This document shows positions 49,566-58,349 of a stretch of 64,000 nt of DNA, one piece after another. The stretch's first letter is position 1; the number at the start of each line of letters is the position of its first letter. Under the pieces are notes generated by a model. It was not told where the DNA came from and made no database searches. It saw only the letters and a program-made list of their open reading frames with translations. A program made the translations under genes and the position numbers. This stretch comes from Clostridia bacterium (GTDB taxonomy: Bacteria; Bacillota; Clostridia; UMGS1810): assembly GCA_045536915.1 (NCBI GenBank), contig JAZSOL010000041.1, positions 14,122-78,121 of the forward strand. The letters run 5' to 3'.

Positions 49566-50853
49566 TGTATTTTTCAACTCCTTCAGCAAGGAATGATATA
49601 TCTTCATCCCACAAAGATTTATTTGCAAGAATTTCTTCAACACTTGCATTTTTCATAAATTCAACAATATCAGCATCGTCATTTGTCATATCGGTTTTAT
49701 AGAACTCAATGAGCTTAGCAAATGAAAACAGAAGCTTTTCGGGCATTTTATCAAAACGTTTTATAAACTCAAGAATAGACGGCAATACCCTCACTTTAAA
49801 TTTGCTGACAGAGTTTAAAGCGATTGAAGAACAAAAATGCTTTATAAAAGGATTTTCAAAACGTTCAAAAACATCGTTTGCATATGAAACGAGTTCGTGT
49901 TCGGGAAGGTCAAGCGTTGGAATAATTTCATCATAAACCGCACTTTTCACAAAAGATGACACAGTTTCATTCTTCATGCACTCTCCCACTGTTTCAACAC
50001 CCGAAAGAAGTGCATACGGAATCATAGATGTATGCGCACCGTTTAAAATCCGCACTTTGCGTGTGCGGTAGTTTTCAAGATTGTTTGTAACGATGATGTC
50101 AAGACCGCATTTGTTGAGCGGAATTTCCTCAAGAATGGAATCAGGCCCCTCTATTACCCAAAGCAGAAACAACTCTCAGGTATCAAGCATCTTATCATCA
50201 AATCCAACGTCGATATTTTCGTCTTTCGGATAGCCTGTAACTATGCGGTCAACAAGAGTGTTGCAAAAAATGTTTTTTTCATCTATCCATTTTTTAAATT
50301 CTTCGCAAAGCTCCCATTCGGTTGCATATTTTAAAACCACAGATTTTAAGGTCTCACCGTTTCTGTCGATAAGTTCACACGGAAGAAATATAAAACCGTC
50401 CAGACCAAGAGTGAAACGTTTATACAAAAGAGCCGTGACCTTAGCAGGGAATGAAACAGGCGGACAATCACCAAGTGCATCCCCTTCTCTATATGCAATT
50501 CCTGATTCGGTTGTGTTGGAAACAACAAAACGGATTTCAGGATTTTGAGCAAGAGAAAGAAAAGAATCGTAATCTTCATACGGACTAAATGCTCTTGAAA
50601 TAGAATCAATAGTTTTCGTAATGCTTTCGCTTTTTCCATCTTTTATTCCTCTCATAACGAGGTTATACACGCAATCCTGATTTGACAACGCATCACACAA
50701 CCCTTTTTCTATAGGCTGAACAACAGCAACGCTACCGTTAAAATCAGTTGTTTCATTCATGATTTGAACAATCCAGTCCACAAAACCTCTTAAAAAATTT
50801 CCTTCGCCAAACTGAATTATTTTTTCGGGACGAACAGTTTTATTAAATTTCAT
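49555..50853 (-). pseudogene. uxaB: Altronate oxidoreductase (tagaturonate reductase), interrupted by a single in-frame TGA
   Basis: The N-terminal Rossmann half (50176..50853: KIIQFGEGNFLRGFVDWIVQ) and the C-terminal half (49555..50172: LLWVIEG...RKVRILNGAHTS) are in the same frame. They are separated only by TGA at 50176-50178 (...FDDKMLDT-TGA-ELFLLWVIEGP...). Confidence 0.75.
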
Positions 50854-50886
50854 ATAATTTTCCTCCTTTTACAGCAAAACACCGCA

Positions 50887-50915
50887 ACGGGAGAAAAGTC
50901 AGACTTTTCCCCCGT
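50887..50915 (-). promoter_or_regulatory. Strong intercistronic hairpin between the GH4 gene and uxaB (attenuator or processing/stability element)
   Basis: A 13-bp stem with a 3-nt loop. Its single imperfect position is a G-U pair in the - strand RNA but an A-C mismatch in the + strand RNA, which points to function in the operon transcript. Only a weak U-tract follows (gtgttttg). Confidence 0.5.
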
Positions 50916-50922
50916 TTATATA

Positions 50923-52311
50923 TCACATATACATGGTAAGATATTTTTTTGTATTTTCAATCATTTCATCAAACAGTTTTCTTGCATCGGAAAGACTGCA
51001 GGTTACAAGCGGATCTGAAGAAAATGCCATAAATGCTTTTTCAAGGTTTCTTTCAGCAACCGCTTCGAGTATGAGCTGTTGTTCAAAAACGATTTTAGAA
51101 ACAAGTTCATTAACACTTGGCGGAATTGCGCCTGACATCACAGGTTTTACACTGTTATTTGAAAATACAGCATTGGTTTCAACAACAGCACCAAACGGAA
51201 GATTTTCAATCTGACCGCGATTTGGAAGATTCACGTTTGTAACAAACGTGTGTAATCCAAGGATTGCTCTTATCTGATTCACGCCGTCTTCTCCGGTTCC
51301 TTTGATTTCAACATTTTCTTCACCGCTCACAAGAGCTTCGGAACGTTTGAGACGATTTTCGAGATCTTCTTTTCTCCACGAAACAGGCGTGAGTCCAAAA
51401 TGCATATCTTTTACTCTTTCGGGATTTTCAAGATACCATTTTCCCGGGCAAAACTCTGCCAGATGACGGTCGCCTGCTGCTCCGATTGCGCCGGTTCTGA
51501 GAAATAGATCCATTTTGACTTTTTCTTCGGATTCAAAAAAACTGTTCATCCAGTTTGTGTCACTTTTTCTGTTGTATCCTTCATCTGCATGTTCATTGCA
51601 GAATTCTTTATACACCGGGAAAAGATCGACGTTGTTGTAATAAGCTTCGGTAAGCCATGTGAAATGATTAACACCAACAACATTAACTTTAATATCTTTG
51701 CGTTCAATTTTATCGGCACCAAGCTTTTCTTTGACCACATTTGCCAGAAAATTCTGAGTGCCAAACACTTCATGACAGCAACCGAATGCTTTGATTTCGG
51801 GAAATGTTTTGTAGAGCTGTGATACGCAAAGTGTCATTGGATTAGTATAATTAATAACCCATGCATCAGGGCAGTTTTCCTTTATGGCATTTGCAATCAC
51901 TTCAAACATTGGCAACGTACGAAGGGCTCTTACTATTCCTCCTGGACCTGATGTATCTCCAACAGACTGATATATTCCATATTTTTCAGGGGTGTGCACA
52001 TCGGATTCCATTTCGTCGAATGTGCCGGGAAGAATAGAAATAACAACAAAATCAGCATCTTTTAAAGCATCACTGATTTTTTCGGAAGCATAGTATGTCC
52101 AGGCGCCGTTTGAGCCTTTTGCTTCCTTGAATTTGTTTCCTATTATCACATTTTTCTGAGCTGCTTTATAATCAATATCATAAAGATATACATTTCCTCC
52201 GATATCTTCAGCTGCCGCAAGATCGCTCATAAGCCCCCATGCCCATCCTCTTGAGCCGCCGCCTATGTATGCAATCTTCAAATCTTCAACACGGTTTCCA
52301 AAATGTTTCAT
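50923..52311 (-). CDS. Glycoside hydrolase family 4 (alpha-galacturonidase/LplD-like)
   Basis: The NAD-binding N-terminus is KIAYIGGGSRGWAWGLMSDLA and the GH4 motif is FGCCHEVFGT. ATG 52311 lies 8 nt after GAGG; the ORF is open to GTG 52320. Confidence 0.85.
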   Translation of the reverse strand: MKHFGNRVEDLKIAYIGGGSRGWAWGLMSDLAAAEDIGGNVYLYDIDYKAAQKNVIIGNKFKEAKGSNGAWTYYASEKISDALKDADFVVISILPGTFDEMESDVHTPEKYGIYQSVGDTSGPGGIVRALRTLPMFEVIANAIKENCPDAWVINYTNPMTLCVSQLYKTFPEIKAFGCCHEVFGTQNFLANVVKEKLGADKIERKDIKVNVVGVNHFTWLTEAYYNNVDLFPVYKEFCNEHADEGYNRKSDTNWMNSFFESEEKVKMDLFLRTGAIGAAGDRHLAEFCPGKWYLENPERVKDMHFGLTPVSWRKEDLENRLKRSEALVSGEENVEIKGTGEDGVNQIRAILGLHTFVTNVNLPNRGQIENLPFGAVVETNAVFSNNSVKPVMSGAIPPSVNELVSKIVFEQQLILEAVAERNLEKAFMAFSSDPLVTCSLSDARKLFDEMIENTKKYLTMYM

Positions 52312-52432
52312 CACATTCACCTCATAATTTATTTTATATATGCATTTTACATCAAAATCACAGTATTTTCTATAATTTTTTTGCTTTATTACAGGAAAAA
52401 CATTGTTTTTTTGCTCTATTTATTGTTGGCAT

Positions 52433-52472
52433 AAAAAAATCCCACGAAAAACATAAATTTTTCGCAGGATTT
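52433..52472 (-). terminator. Rho-independent terminator ending the HAD / zinc-ribbon membrane protein operon
   Basis: On the - strand, stem aatcctgcgaaaaa / tttttcgtgggatt (2 G-U pairs) is followed by TTTTTTT. Confidence 0.75.
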
Positions 52473-52495
52473 AATTTATAAATTCTTAATCAAAA

Positions 52496-53638
52496 TTAAA
52501 AGTGGCTTTTTATATCCGAAAACTTCTGGTTGATTTTCTTTTCGAGTTCGTTCAATTCATCAGCCGTATCTTTCATAATACTTTCCACATCCGGTTCCGG
52601 CTCGGTAATTATTTTAACCGGTTCATCACTCGGTTGTGAATTTTTCAGTATTTTCTCACACACGCATAAACTTTCACCAACTATTTGCTGACCGCAATAT
52701 TTGCATTTTCTTCCGTTATATGGTTGTGATTTAACGGTGATTCCGAATCCATTTCCAATACAATTGCAAACCTCTCCGTCGGCAAGAGTTCTCTTGCAAT
52801 GAATGCAAAGATTTGAGCTTTCTTCTTCACCATAAGCCTGCTTCATTACAGAGCTGAGAGTTTTATGAGATGCTATGCAATCACATATTTCCCCTTTCTT
52901 TACACTGTTTCCGCATTTGGCACATTTATATGTATCTGAATCTGCTTCGGGTTCATTTGTGCGTTTGTTTCTTTCTTTTTGCAACTGAATATACTCGCTT
53001 TTTTCTTCCTGTTCTATGATAAGCAACTGTTTGTTACGAACAACAATAACAGAAAATATACTCAAAAGCATACTTGTTACATTCACAGCGCAGTGAAGCC
53101 AGAATAAAATTGTTGTTGAAATGCCTTCTGAACTCAAAACAATAAAAAATCCGAGCATCGACAAACAAATAAACAGCGAAATCCAATACGAAATAACATT
53201 ACGGATATTATATTTTCTGTCTGCAATATTTAAAACTGCAACAATAAACGGTGCAACAACAAGATATATCATATACACCGACGGTTTTAATATATCACTC
53301 CCGTATATTTCATTTCCGAATATCAGATTTATTCCGTTTGTGTATCCGTTATCTGAATAAAGAAACGGCGCAAAAAGCATGAAAACTGCAATCATCTGAA
53401 GAGCAACAATGCAATATCTCAATATTTCTTCGTTCATCCTTGACGACAGGGACTGCACTGTTTTTTCGTATTTGGTTGCCATAACAACAACGGGAAATGA
53501 ACCAATCACGGGAACAAGCGTGCTAAGAAAAGTTCCGAAAAAACGATTATGCTGTTTTCCTCTGAAAAGCAAACATACAATTTTACAATATGATACATAT
53601 ACAAGATATATAATCAAGGCCATCATTACAATTGTCAT
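52496..53638 (-). CDS. Hypothetical polytopic membrane protein with a C-terminal triple CX2CX9CXC zinc-knuckle tail
   Basis: About six predicted TM helices (aa 1-200) are followed by a charged coiled segment. Three repeats follow: CAKCGNSVKKGEICDC, CIHCKRTLADGEVCNC and CKYCGQQIVGESLCVC. RBS GAGGG lies upstream of ATG 53638. Confidence 0.7.
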   Translation of the reverse strand: MTIVMMALIIYLVYVSYCKIVCLLFRGKQHNRFFGTFLSTLVPVIGSFPVVVMATKYEKTVQSLSSRMNEEILRYCIVALQMIAVFMLFAPFLYSDNGYTNGINLIFGNEIYGSDILKPSVYMIYLVVAPFIVAVLNIADRKYNIRNVISYWISLFICLSMLGFFIVLSSEGISTTILFWLHCAVNVTSMLLSIFSVIVVRNKQLLIIEQEEKSEYIQLQKERNKRTNEPEADSDTYKCAKCGNSVKKGEICDCIASHKTLSSVMKQAYGEEESSNLCIHCKRTLADGEVCNCIGNGFGITVKSQPYNGRKCKYCGQQIVGESLCVCEKILKNSQPSDEPVKIITEPEPDVESIMKDTADELNELEKKINQKFSDIKSHF

Positions 53639-53665
53639 TAAAAAACCCTCACTTCAATTAACATA

Positions 53666-54481
53666 TCAAACTCTTTTTTTGTTATTGATAATATAATCTA
53701 TACCAAATGCCACACCGGAAATGAGCGCAAAAGGAATCTTGATATACCATAGTTCGCTCAGAGAATCTACAAGACAATACCACGCAAAAGTTCCCCATGC
53801 ATTGAAAGTGGGATAAATGGTAATTGCTTCGGTGAAATTACCTGCATTGCACAAGCCCCATGCAATAAGAGAAAAGATTGAAAGCATAAAACATACTGTT
53901 GGAGCAACCGGTATGAAATATTTCCTGTGAGGTTTCAAAAATGCAAGCATAGTGAGTGCAACCGGCAATAAATTAATTGCAAAGTATATTACCATCCATA
54001 TGCTTCCTGCTCCTATTTTGCCGGTTGAAGCACCAAACATATTCAGCGAAATATTCGGCACAGCTCTGCATCCGACAACAAAAGCTATATCAGCCATAAA
54101 CAAAAAGAAGCATATCAAATACATTGCCGATGAAACAGCAAGTCCGCCAAATCCGCAATAACGCATTATCCTGGATCCGGGTTGCGTTATTATTGGCGGA
54201 AGTGAAGAAATGAAATTATCAACATAAGTTCTTACATTGAAATTTATTTTTTCTTTTGAAATTTTTGCTTCTTCTGCAATTTCATTGAGTTCGGACTCAT
54301 TATGAGATTCATCGCCCTGAGAAACTATAACTTCTGCCGCTGTTGTTTCATTTTCAACATCAGAAGCAGCGCTATTGTCCACAGGAGATTCAACCGGTTC
54401 GTGAACTATGGCAGAACCGCATTTATCACAATATTTCATTTCGGGACTTATTATCCCGCCGCATTTTTCGCAAAAAGCCAT
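53666..54481 (-). CDS. Hypothetical zinc-ribbon (CX2CX10CX2C) protein with a C-terminal multi-TM domain
   Basis: The N-terminus is MAFCEKCGGIISPEMKYCDKCGSAI. An acidic linker follows, then about 4-5 TM helices. RBS AGGGAGGG lies upstream. Confidence 0.7.
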   Translation of the reverse strand: MAFCEKCGGIISPEMKYCDKCGSAIVHEPVESPVDNSAASDVENETTAAEVIVSQGDESHNESELNEIAEEAKISKEKINFNVRTYVDNFISSLPPIITQPGSRIMRYCGFGGLAVSSAMYLICFFLFMADIAFVVGCRAVPNISLNMFGASTGKIGAGSIWMVIYFAINLLPVALTMLAFLKPHRKYFIPVAPTVCFMLSIFSLIAWGLCNAGNFTEAITIYPTFNAWGTFAWYCLVDSLSELWYIKIPFALISGVAFGIDYIINNKKRV

Positions 54482-54499
54482 ACTAAACCCTCCCTGATT

Positions 54500-55282
54500 T
54501 TAATTTGATTCTTTAACTATATCACCAACACCATCAAATATATATTTTGGTCTGTATGGGAAATTTTCAATCATATCACGGCTTGTTACTCCGCTTAAAA
54601 CCAACACAGTGTCTATTGACGATTCAATTCCTGAAACAATATCGGTATCCATTCTGTCACCAACAATTACCGTGTCAACAGAATGAGTGTTGAGACGTCT
54701 CATTGCATGACGGATAATAAACGGATTTGGTTTTCCTATGAAATATGCTTTTTTGCCTGTTGCTATTTCAATAGGCGAAATCAAAGCACCGGTTGCGGGC
54801 ATAATGCCTGTTTCGGTGGGTCCTGTAACATCGGGATTAGTACCGATAAGGCGCGCACCTTTATTAACAAGTGCAATTGCTTTTTCTATTTTTTCAAAAT
54901 TATACGTACGGCTTTCTCCCACTATAACATAATCGGGATTCACATCGTTTGTATAAATGCCGGCATCATAAAGAGCATTCATAAGTCCGCCTTCGCCTAT
55001 AACATAAGCACTGCAGTCGGGCATCTGATTTTTCAGGAATGTTGCAGTTGCCATAGCGCTCGTGTAGAAATGCTCCTCACTCACATCAAGTCCCATTCTG
55101 CTTAGTTTGCGGCTAAGTTCCACAGGTGTTCTTTCGGGACTGTTTGTAAGAAAAAGGTAGTTTTTATTCTCCGAATTTAACCACTCAACAAATTCACGTA
55201 CACCGGGCAAAATGTTATTGCCGTGATATATAACACCGTCCATATCGCATATGAAACCTTTTTTCTCTTTGATATTCATCAT
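54500..55282 (-). CDS. HAD-superfamily subfamily IIA hydrolase (NagD-like sugar/nucleotide phosphatase)
   Basis: Motif I is FICDMDGVIYHG and motif II is LFLTNS. The later motifs are GKPNP and VGDRMDTDI. Confidence 0.85.
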   Translation of the reverse strand: MMNIKEKKGFICDMDGVIYHGNNILPGVREFVEWLNSENKNYLFLTNSPERTPVELSRKLSRMGLDVSEEHFYTSAMATATFLKNQMPDCSAYVIGEGGLMNALYDAGIYTNDVNPDYVIVGESRTYNFEKIEKAIALVNKGARLIGTNPDVTGPTETGIMPATGALISPIEIATGKKAYFIGKPNPFIIRHAMRRLNTHSVDTVIVGDRMDTDIVSGIESSIDTVLVLSGVTSRDMIENFPYRPKYIFDGVGDIVKESN

Positions 55283-55325
55283 AAGTTTTATCCTCCGGCA
55301 GTCATAATTTTAAAACCATCTGTAT

Positions 55326-55354
55326 ATTATACAACATTTATTTCAATTTGTCAA
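55326..55354 (-). promoter_or_regulatory. Consensus sigma-A promoter of the HAD / zinc-ribbon operon
   Basis: On the - strand, TTGACA (55354-55349) is followed by a 17-nt spacer and TATAAT (55331-55326). Confidence 0.7.
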
Positions 55355-55477
55355 ATTGAGATACATAGATTTTGCAAATAAACACACCCTGTTCTTCGAA
55401 CTTGCATTCTTCAACAAACATGAATGCATTCTTTTTTCTTGCTTTCATATTAAGCCATTCTTTCTTGAATAAATATT

Positions 55478-56662
55478 TTATATTGTACTTTTAATTCTGA
55501 TTTTTCTGATATATGAAAATACTGCAATTGCCGCAAAAGGAAATAACATTCCCGAAAGCATGGCAATTTTCATTCCAAGCTGTTCTGCAGATAGATTCAA
55601 AAATGAAGCAAATTCAATGATATGCGGATTTTGGATTGCGAAGTCTGTTATGACCCCAACAAGCTGAGGGCCCACCGATGCGCCGAAATCTCCTCCTGCT
55701 GCCATAAGAGCATACACAAATACTGTGCAATTTGCCATTCTCTCAGACACAGCAATAAGACTTCCCGGCCAGAGCATTGATGCGCAAAATCCGGTAAGCG
55801 CACACGAAATAAGTCCGATAAGCGGAACATTTATCACCGATGCAACAAAATAGCAAATAGCCGCACCCGCAGAACCGTATATGAGTGTATTCATAATATT
55901 TTTGCCGATTTTTGAATATAGCGTCCGACCCAAGCCGAGCATAACAGAAAAACATGCAACTCCGAATATATCACCCCATATTTTTGCTATACCAAAAGAT
56001 TGTTCAAGGTATCCTGAACACCATTGAGCCATTGTTAACTCGCTTGCACCGCCCAGGAAAATTCCCAGAACACACAACCACAGCGTTTTATTTTTCATAG
56101 CGTGTATGACACCGGATATTTTTTCAGGAGTTTCCATTTCCGGAAGTTGCGCACGTGAAAACAAAATCAATGAAGCAACCGGAATAATAGCGAATGCAAG
56201 AGTTAATATCTGCCATTTTTCAGAACCAAAGGCAAAAATAAATAAAGTGCATATCAAAACAACTCCCACGACACCCCATGCATACACCGAATGAACTTTA
56301 CTCATCTCACGGTCAGGGTTTTCACTGGGAATTGCAGAAATAATCGGACTAATAAGCACTTCCCCCAAACCTGCGGCGGCAGAAAAAATAATAGTACCGA
56401 TTGCAAGTCCGGTATATACTGAATCAGGAAAAAAGTATGGCCAGAGTGCATACACCAATAATCCTGTCAAGGTGAGAAACGGCATTGTTTTCACTGTTTT
56501 ACTTATATTGAATTTATGCGAAAAGAACGAAAATATAAGATCTACTCCAAGCTGAGTCAGAAAATTCACCGTTACCAAAAGTCCGAGAAGTGAATATGAA
56601 ATCCCATAAAGATTTCTGAATGTCAGAAACAAAACCGGCGAAAGATTTCCAACAAGTGCCAT
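55478..56662 (-). CDS. MFS transporter (the annotated ATG probably truncates TM1; see findings)
   Basis: This is a polytopic (11-12 TM) protein with an MFS-like loop pattern. The frame stays open 18 more codons upstream (ISNYKRIKYACYSSNIS) without a canonical start codon. Confidence 0.75.
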   Translation of the reverse strand: MALVGNLSPVLFLTFRNLYGISYSLLGLLVTVNFLTQLGVDLIFSFFSHKFNISKTVKTMPFLTLTGLLVYALWPYFFPDSVYTGLAIGTIIFSAAAGLGEVLISPIISAIPSENPDREMSKVHSVYAWGVVGVVLICTLFIFAFGSEKWQILTLAFAIIPVASLILFSRAQLPEMETPEKISGVIHAMKNKTLWLCVLGIFLGGASELTMAQWCSGYLEQSFGIAKIWGDIFGVACFSVMLGLGRTLYSKIGKNIMNTLIYGSAGAAICYFVASVINVPLIGLISCALTGFCASMLWPGSLIAVSERMANCTVFVYALMAAGGDFGASVGPQLVGVITDFAIQNPHIIEFASFLNLSAEQLGMKIAMLSGMLFPFAAIAVFSYIRKIRIKSTI

Positions 56663-56747
56663 TGAAATATTTGAACTGTAGCATGCATATTTAATTCTTT
56701 TGTAGTTAGATATAATTACTTTTATCCTCTGTAAATTTGTCTATACA

Positions 56748-57281
56748 TTAATTGTTGTTAAAAATAGATTCGTATGCGTCAATGCATTTCTGAATTATTT
56801 TTATAGCCTCTTCGCGACCCTCACTATTAGTTACAAATGTTTTTAACCCTTCAAGTTCTTTATACACTGTGAAAAAGTGCATTATTTCAGCTGTTATATG
56901 CTTAGGAAGTTCGTATATTGAATTATACTGATTATATGAAGGATCGCCAAACGGAATTGCAATTATTTTTTCGTCCATTTCTCCGTTATCTTCCATGGTT
57001 ATTACGCCAATGGGATTACAACGCACAAGAGCACTGTTGAGAAGTGGTTCGGAACACAAAACCAAAACATCGAGCGGATCATTATCTTCACTTAGTGTTC
57101 TCGGGATAAGACCATAGTTTGCCGGATAATGAGTTGAAGTGTAGAGGATGCGGTCAAGCTTAAGCATACCGGTTTCCTTGTCAAGCTCATATTTTTGCTT
57201 CTGTCCTTTTGTTATTTCTATATATGCTATGAAATCATCAGCTTTAATCCTGTCGGGTGAAATATCGTGCCATATGTTCAT
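56748..57281 (-). CDS. ppa: Inorganic pyrophosphatase (family I)
   Basis: NIWHDISP..., YPANYGLIP and DPLDVLVL motifs are present; the product is 177 aa. Confidence 0.92.
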   Translation of the reverse strand: MNIWHDISPDRIKADDFIAYIEITKGQKQKYELDKETGMLKLDRILYTSTHYPANYGLIPRTLSEDNDPLDVLVLCSEPLLNSALVRCNPIGVITMEDNGEMDEKIIAIPFGDPSYNQYNSIYELPKHITAEIMHFFTVYKELEGLKTFVTNSEGREEAIKIIQKCIDAYESIFNNN

Positions 57282-57295
57282 AATGCTATTTCCTC

Positions 57296-58330
57296 CTATA
57301 ATATTGTTCCGCCGCCAAGAACCGTATCACCGTCATACAGCACCACAGCCTGCCCGGCAGCAATTGCTCTTTGCGGATTTAAAAATTCTATATGAACCGT
57401 ATTTTCTGATGTTGAATAAATAACAGCATCCTCTTCTTTGGCGCCGTAACGTATTTTGGCTTTGGCTTTTATCTTTTCGGGTGCTTTATCAAATGCAGTC
57501 CAGTTGAAGTCCTTTGCATCAAGAGTGCGTTTAAACAAATCTTCATTTCTTCCCAGAACAACCTCGTTGGTATCCGCTCTTTTTTCACAAACATATACTT
57601 TTTCTCCGAAACCAACACCGAGACCTTTTCGCTGACCTATGGTGTAATTCACAATACCGCTGTGAGTACCGATAACCTTTCCTTCTGTATTCACGAAATT
57701 GCCTTTAGGATAGCTTTTCCCTGAATATTTGCATATAACACTCACATAATCGCCGTCCGGCACAAAGCAAATATCCTGACTGTCTCTTTTTTTTGCGGTT
57801 ACAAACCCCTCTGAAAGTGCTATGTTTCGTATTTCATCTTTGGTGAGTGTTCCAAGCGGGAATTTTGTGCGTGATAGTTGATACTGATTCAGGCAATAGA
57901 GAAAATAGCTTTGGTCTTTGGATGAATCATAAGCTTTTTTTAATAAAAATCTGCCGTTTTCTTCTTCAATGCGTGCATAATGTCCGGTTACCATGTAATC
58001 ACAGCCAAGCATATCGGTGTATTCAAGGAAGCTTGAAAACTTAAGATGCTTGTTGCATACTACACACGGATTCGGAGTTGCACAGTTCTCATATGAACTC
58101 ACAAAATCATCTATAACAAACTTTTTGAAGCTGTCACGTAAATCAAAAATATGAAAATCTATTCCGAGTTTTTCGCAAACTCTGCGTGCATCACCGGCAT
58201 CATCAGAGCCTTCCTTATCATACAGCCTCATTGTTGCACCTGTGCACTCATATCCCGATTTCATCATAAGATGTGCCGCCACACTGGAGTCCACGCCTCC
58301 GCTCATGGCAATCAAAGCTCTGCTGTTCAT
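57296..58330 (-). CDS. mnmA: tRNA 2-thiouridine(34) synthase MnmA
   Basis: The PP-loop is [13 protein letters not shown], with catalytic Cys regions and a C-terminal beta-barrel. ATG 58330 lies 6 nt after GGAGGA; the ORF is open to 58405. Confidence 0.92.
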   Translation of the reverse strand: MNSRALIAMSGGVDSSVAAHLMMKSGYECTGATMRLYDKEGSDDAGDARRVCEKLGIDFHIFDLRDSFKKFVIDDFVSSYENCATPNPCVVCNKHLKFSSFLEYTDMLGCDYMVTGHYARIEEENGRFLLKKAYDSSKDQSYFLYCLNQYQLSRTKFPLGTLTKDEIRNIALSEGFVTAKKRDSQDICFVPDGDYVSVICKYSGKSYPKGNFVNTEGKVIGTHSGIVNYTIGQRKGLGVGFGEKVYVCEKRADTNEVVLGRNEDLFKRTLDAKDFNWTAFDKAPEKIKAKAKIRYGAKEEDAVIYSTSENTVHIEFLNPQRAIAAGQAVVLYDGDTVLGGGTIL

Positions 58331-58349
58331 CTTATTTCCTCCAAACATT

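Noticed and set aside
50176-50178. The in-frame TGA in uxaB as evidence for an alternative genetic code (TGA=Trp/Gly) or selenocysteine.
   Set aside because: TGA terminates several well-defined genes here at the expected protein ends (SLH protein 2288-2290, dnaI-like 4465-4467, cls 12579-12581, dxs 34504-34506). UxaB is not a known selenoprotein, and I saw no convincing SECIS-like hairpin directly downstream.
55403-55440. A hairpin tgcattc/gaatgca followed by ttcttttttctt, which looks like a + strand terminator.
   Set aside because: No + strand gene or promoter feeds into it. The stem is only 7 bp. It may simply serve as the (U-tract-less) 3' hairpin of the - strand MFS mRNA, so I did not call it.
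55338-55448. A 36-aa - strand ORF (MKARKKNAFMFVEECKFEEQGVFICKIYVSQFDKLK) between the MFS and HAD genes.
   Set aside because: It has a weak RBS, and its 3' end overlaps the -35 of the consensus HAD-operon promoter. It is most likely fortuitous.
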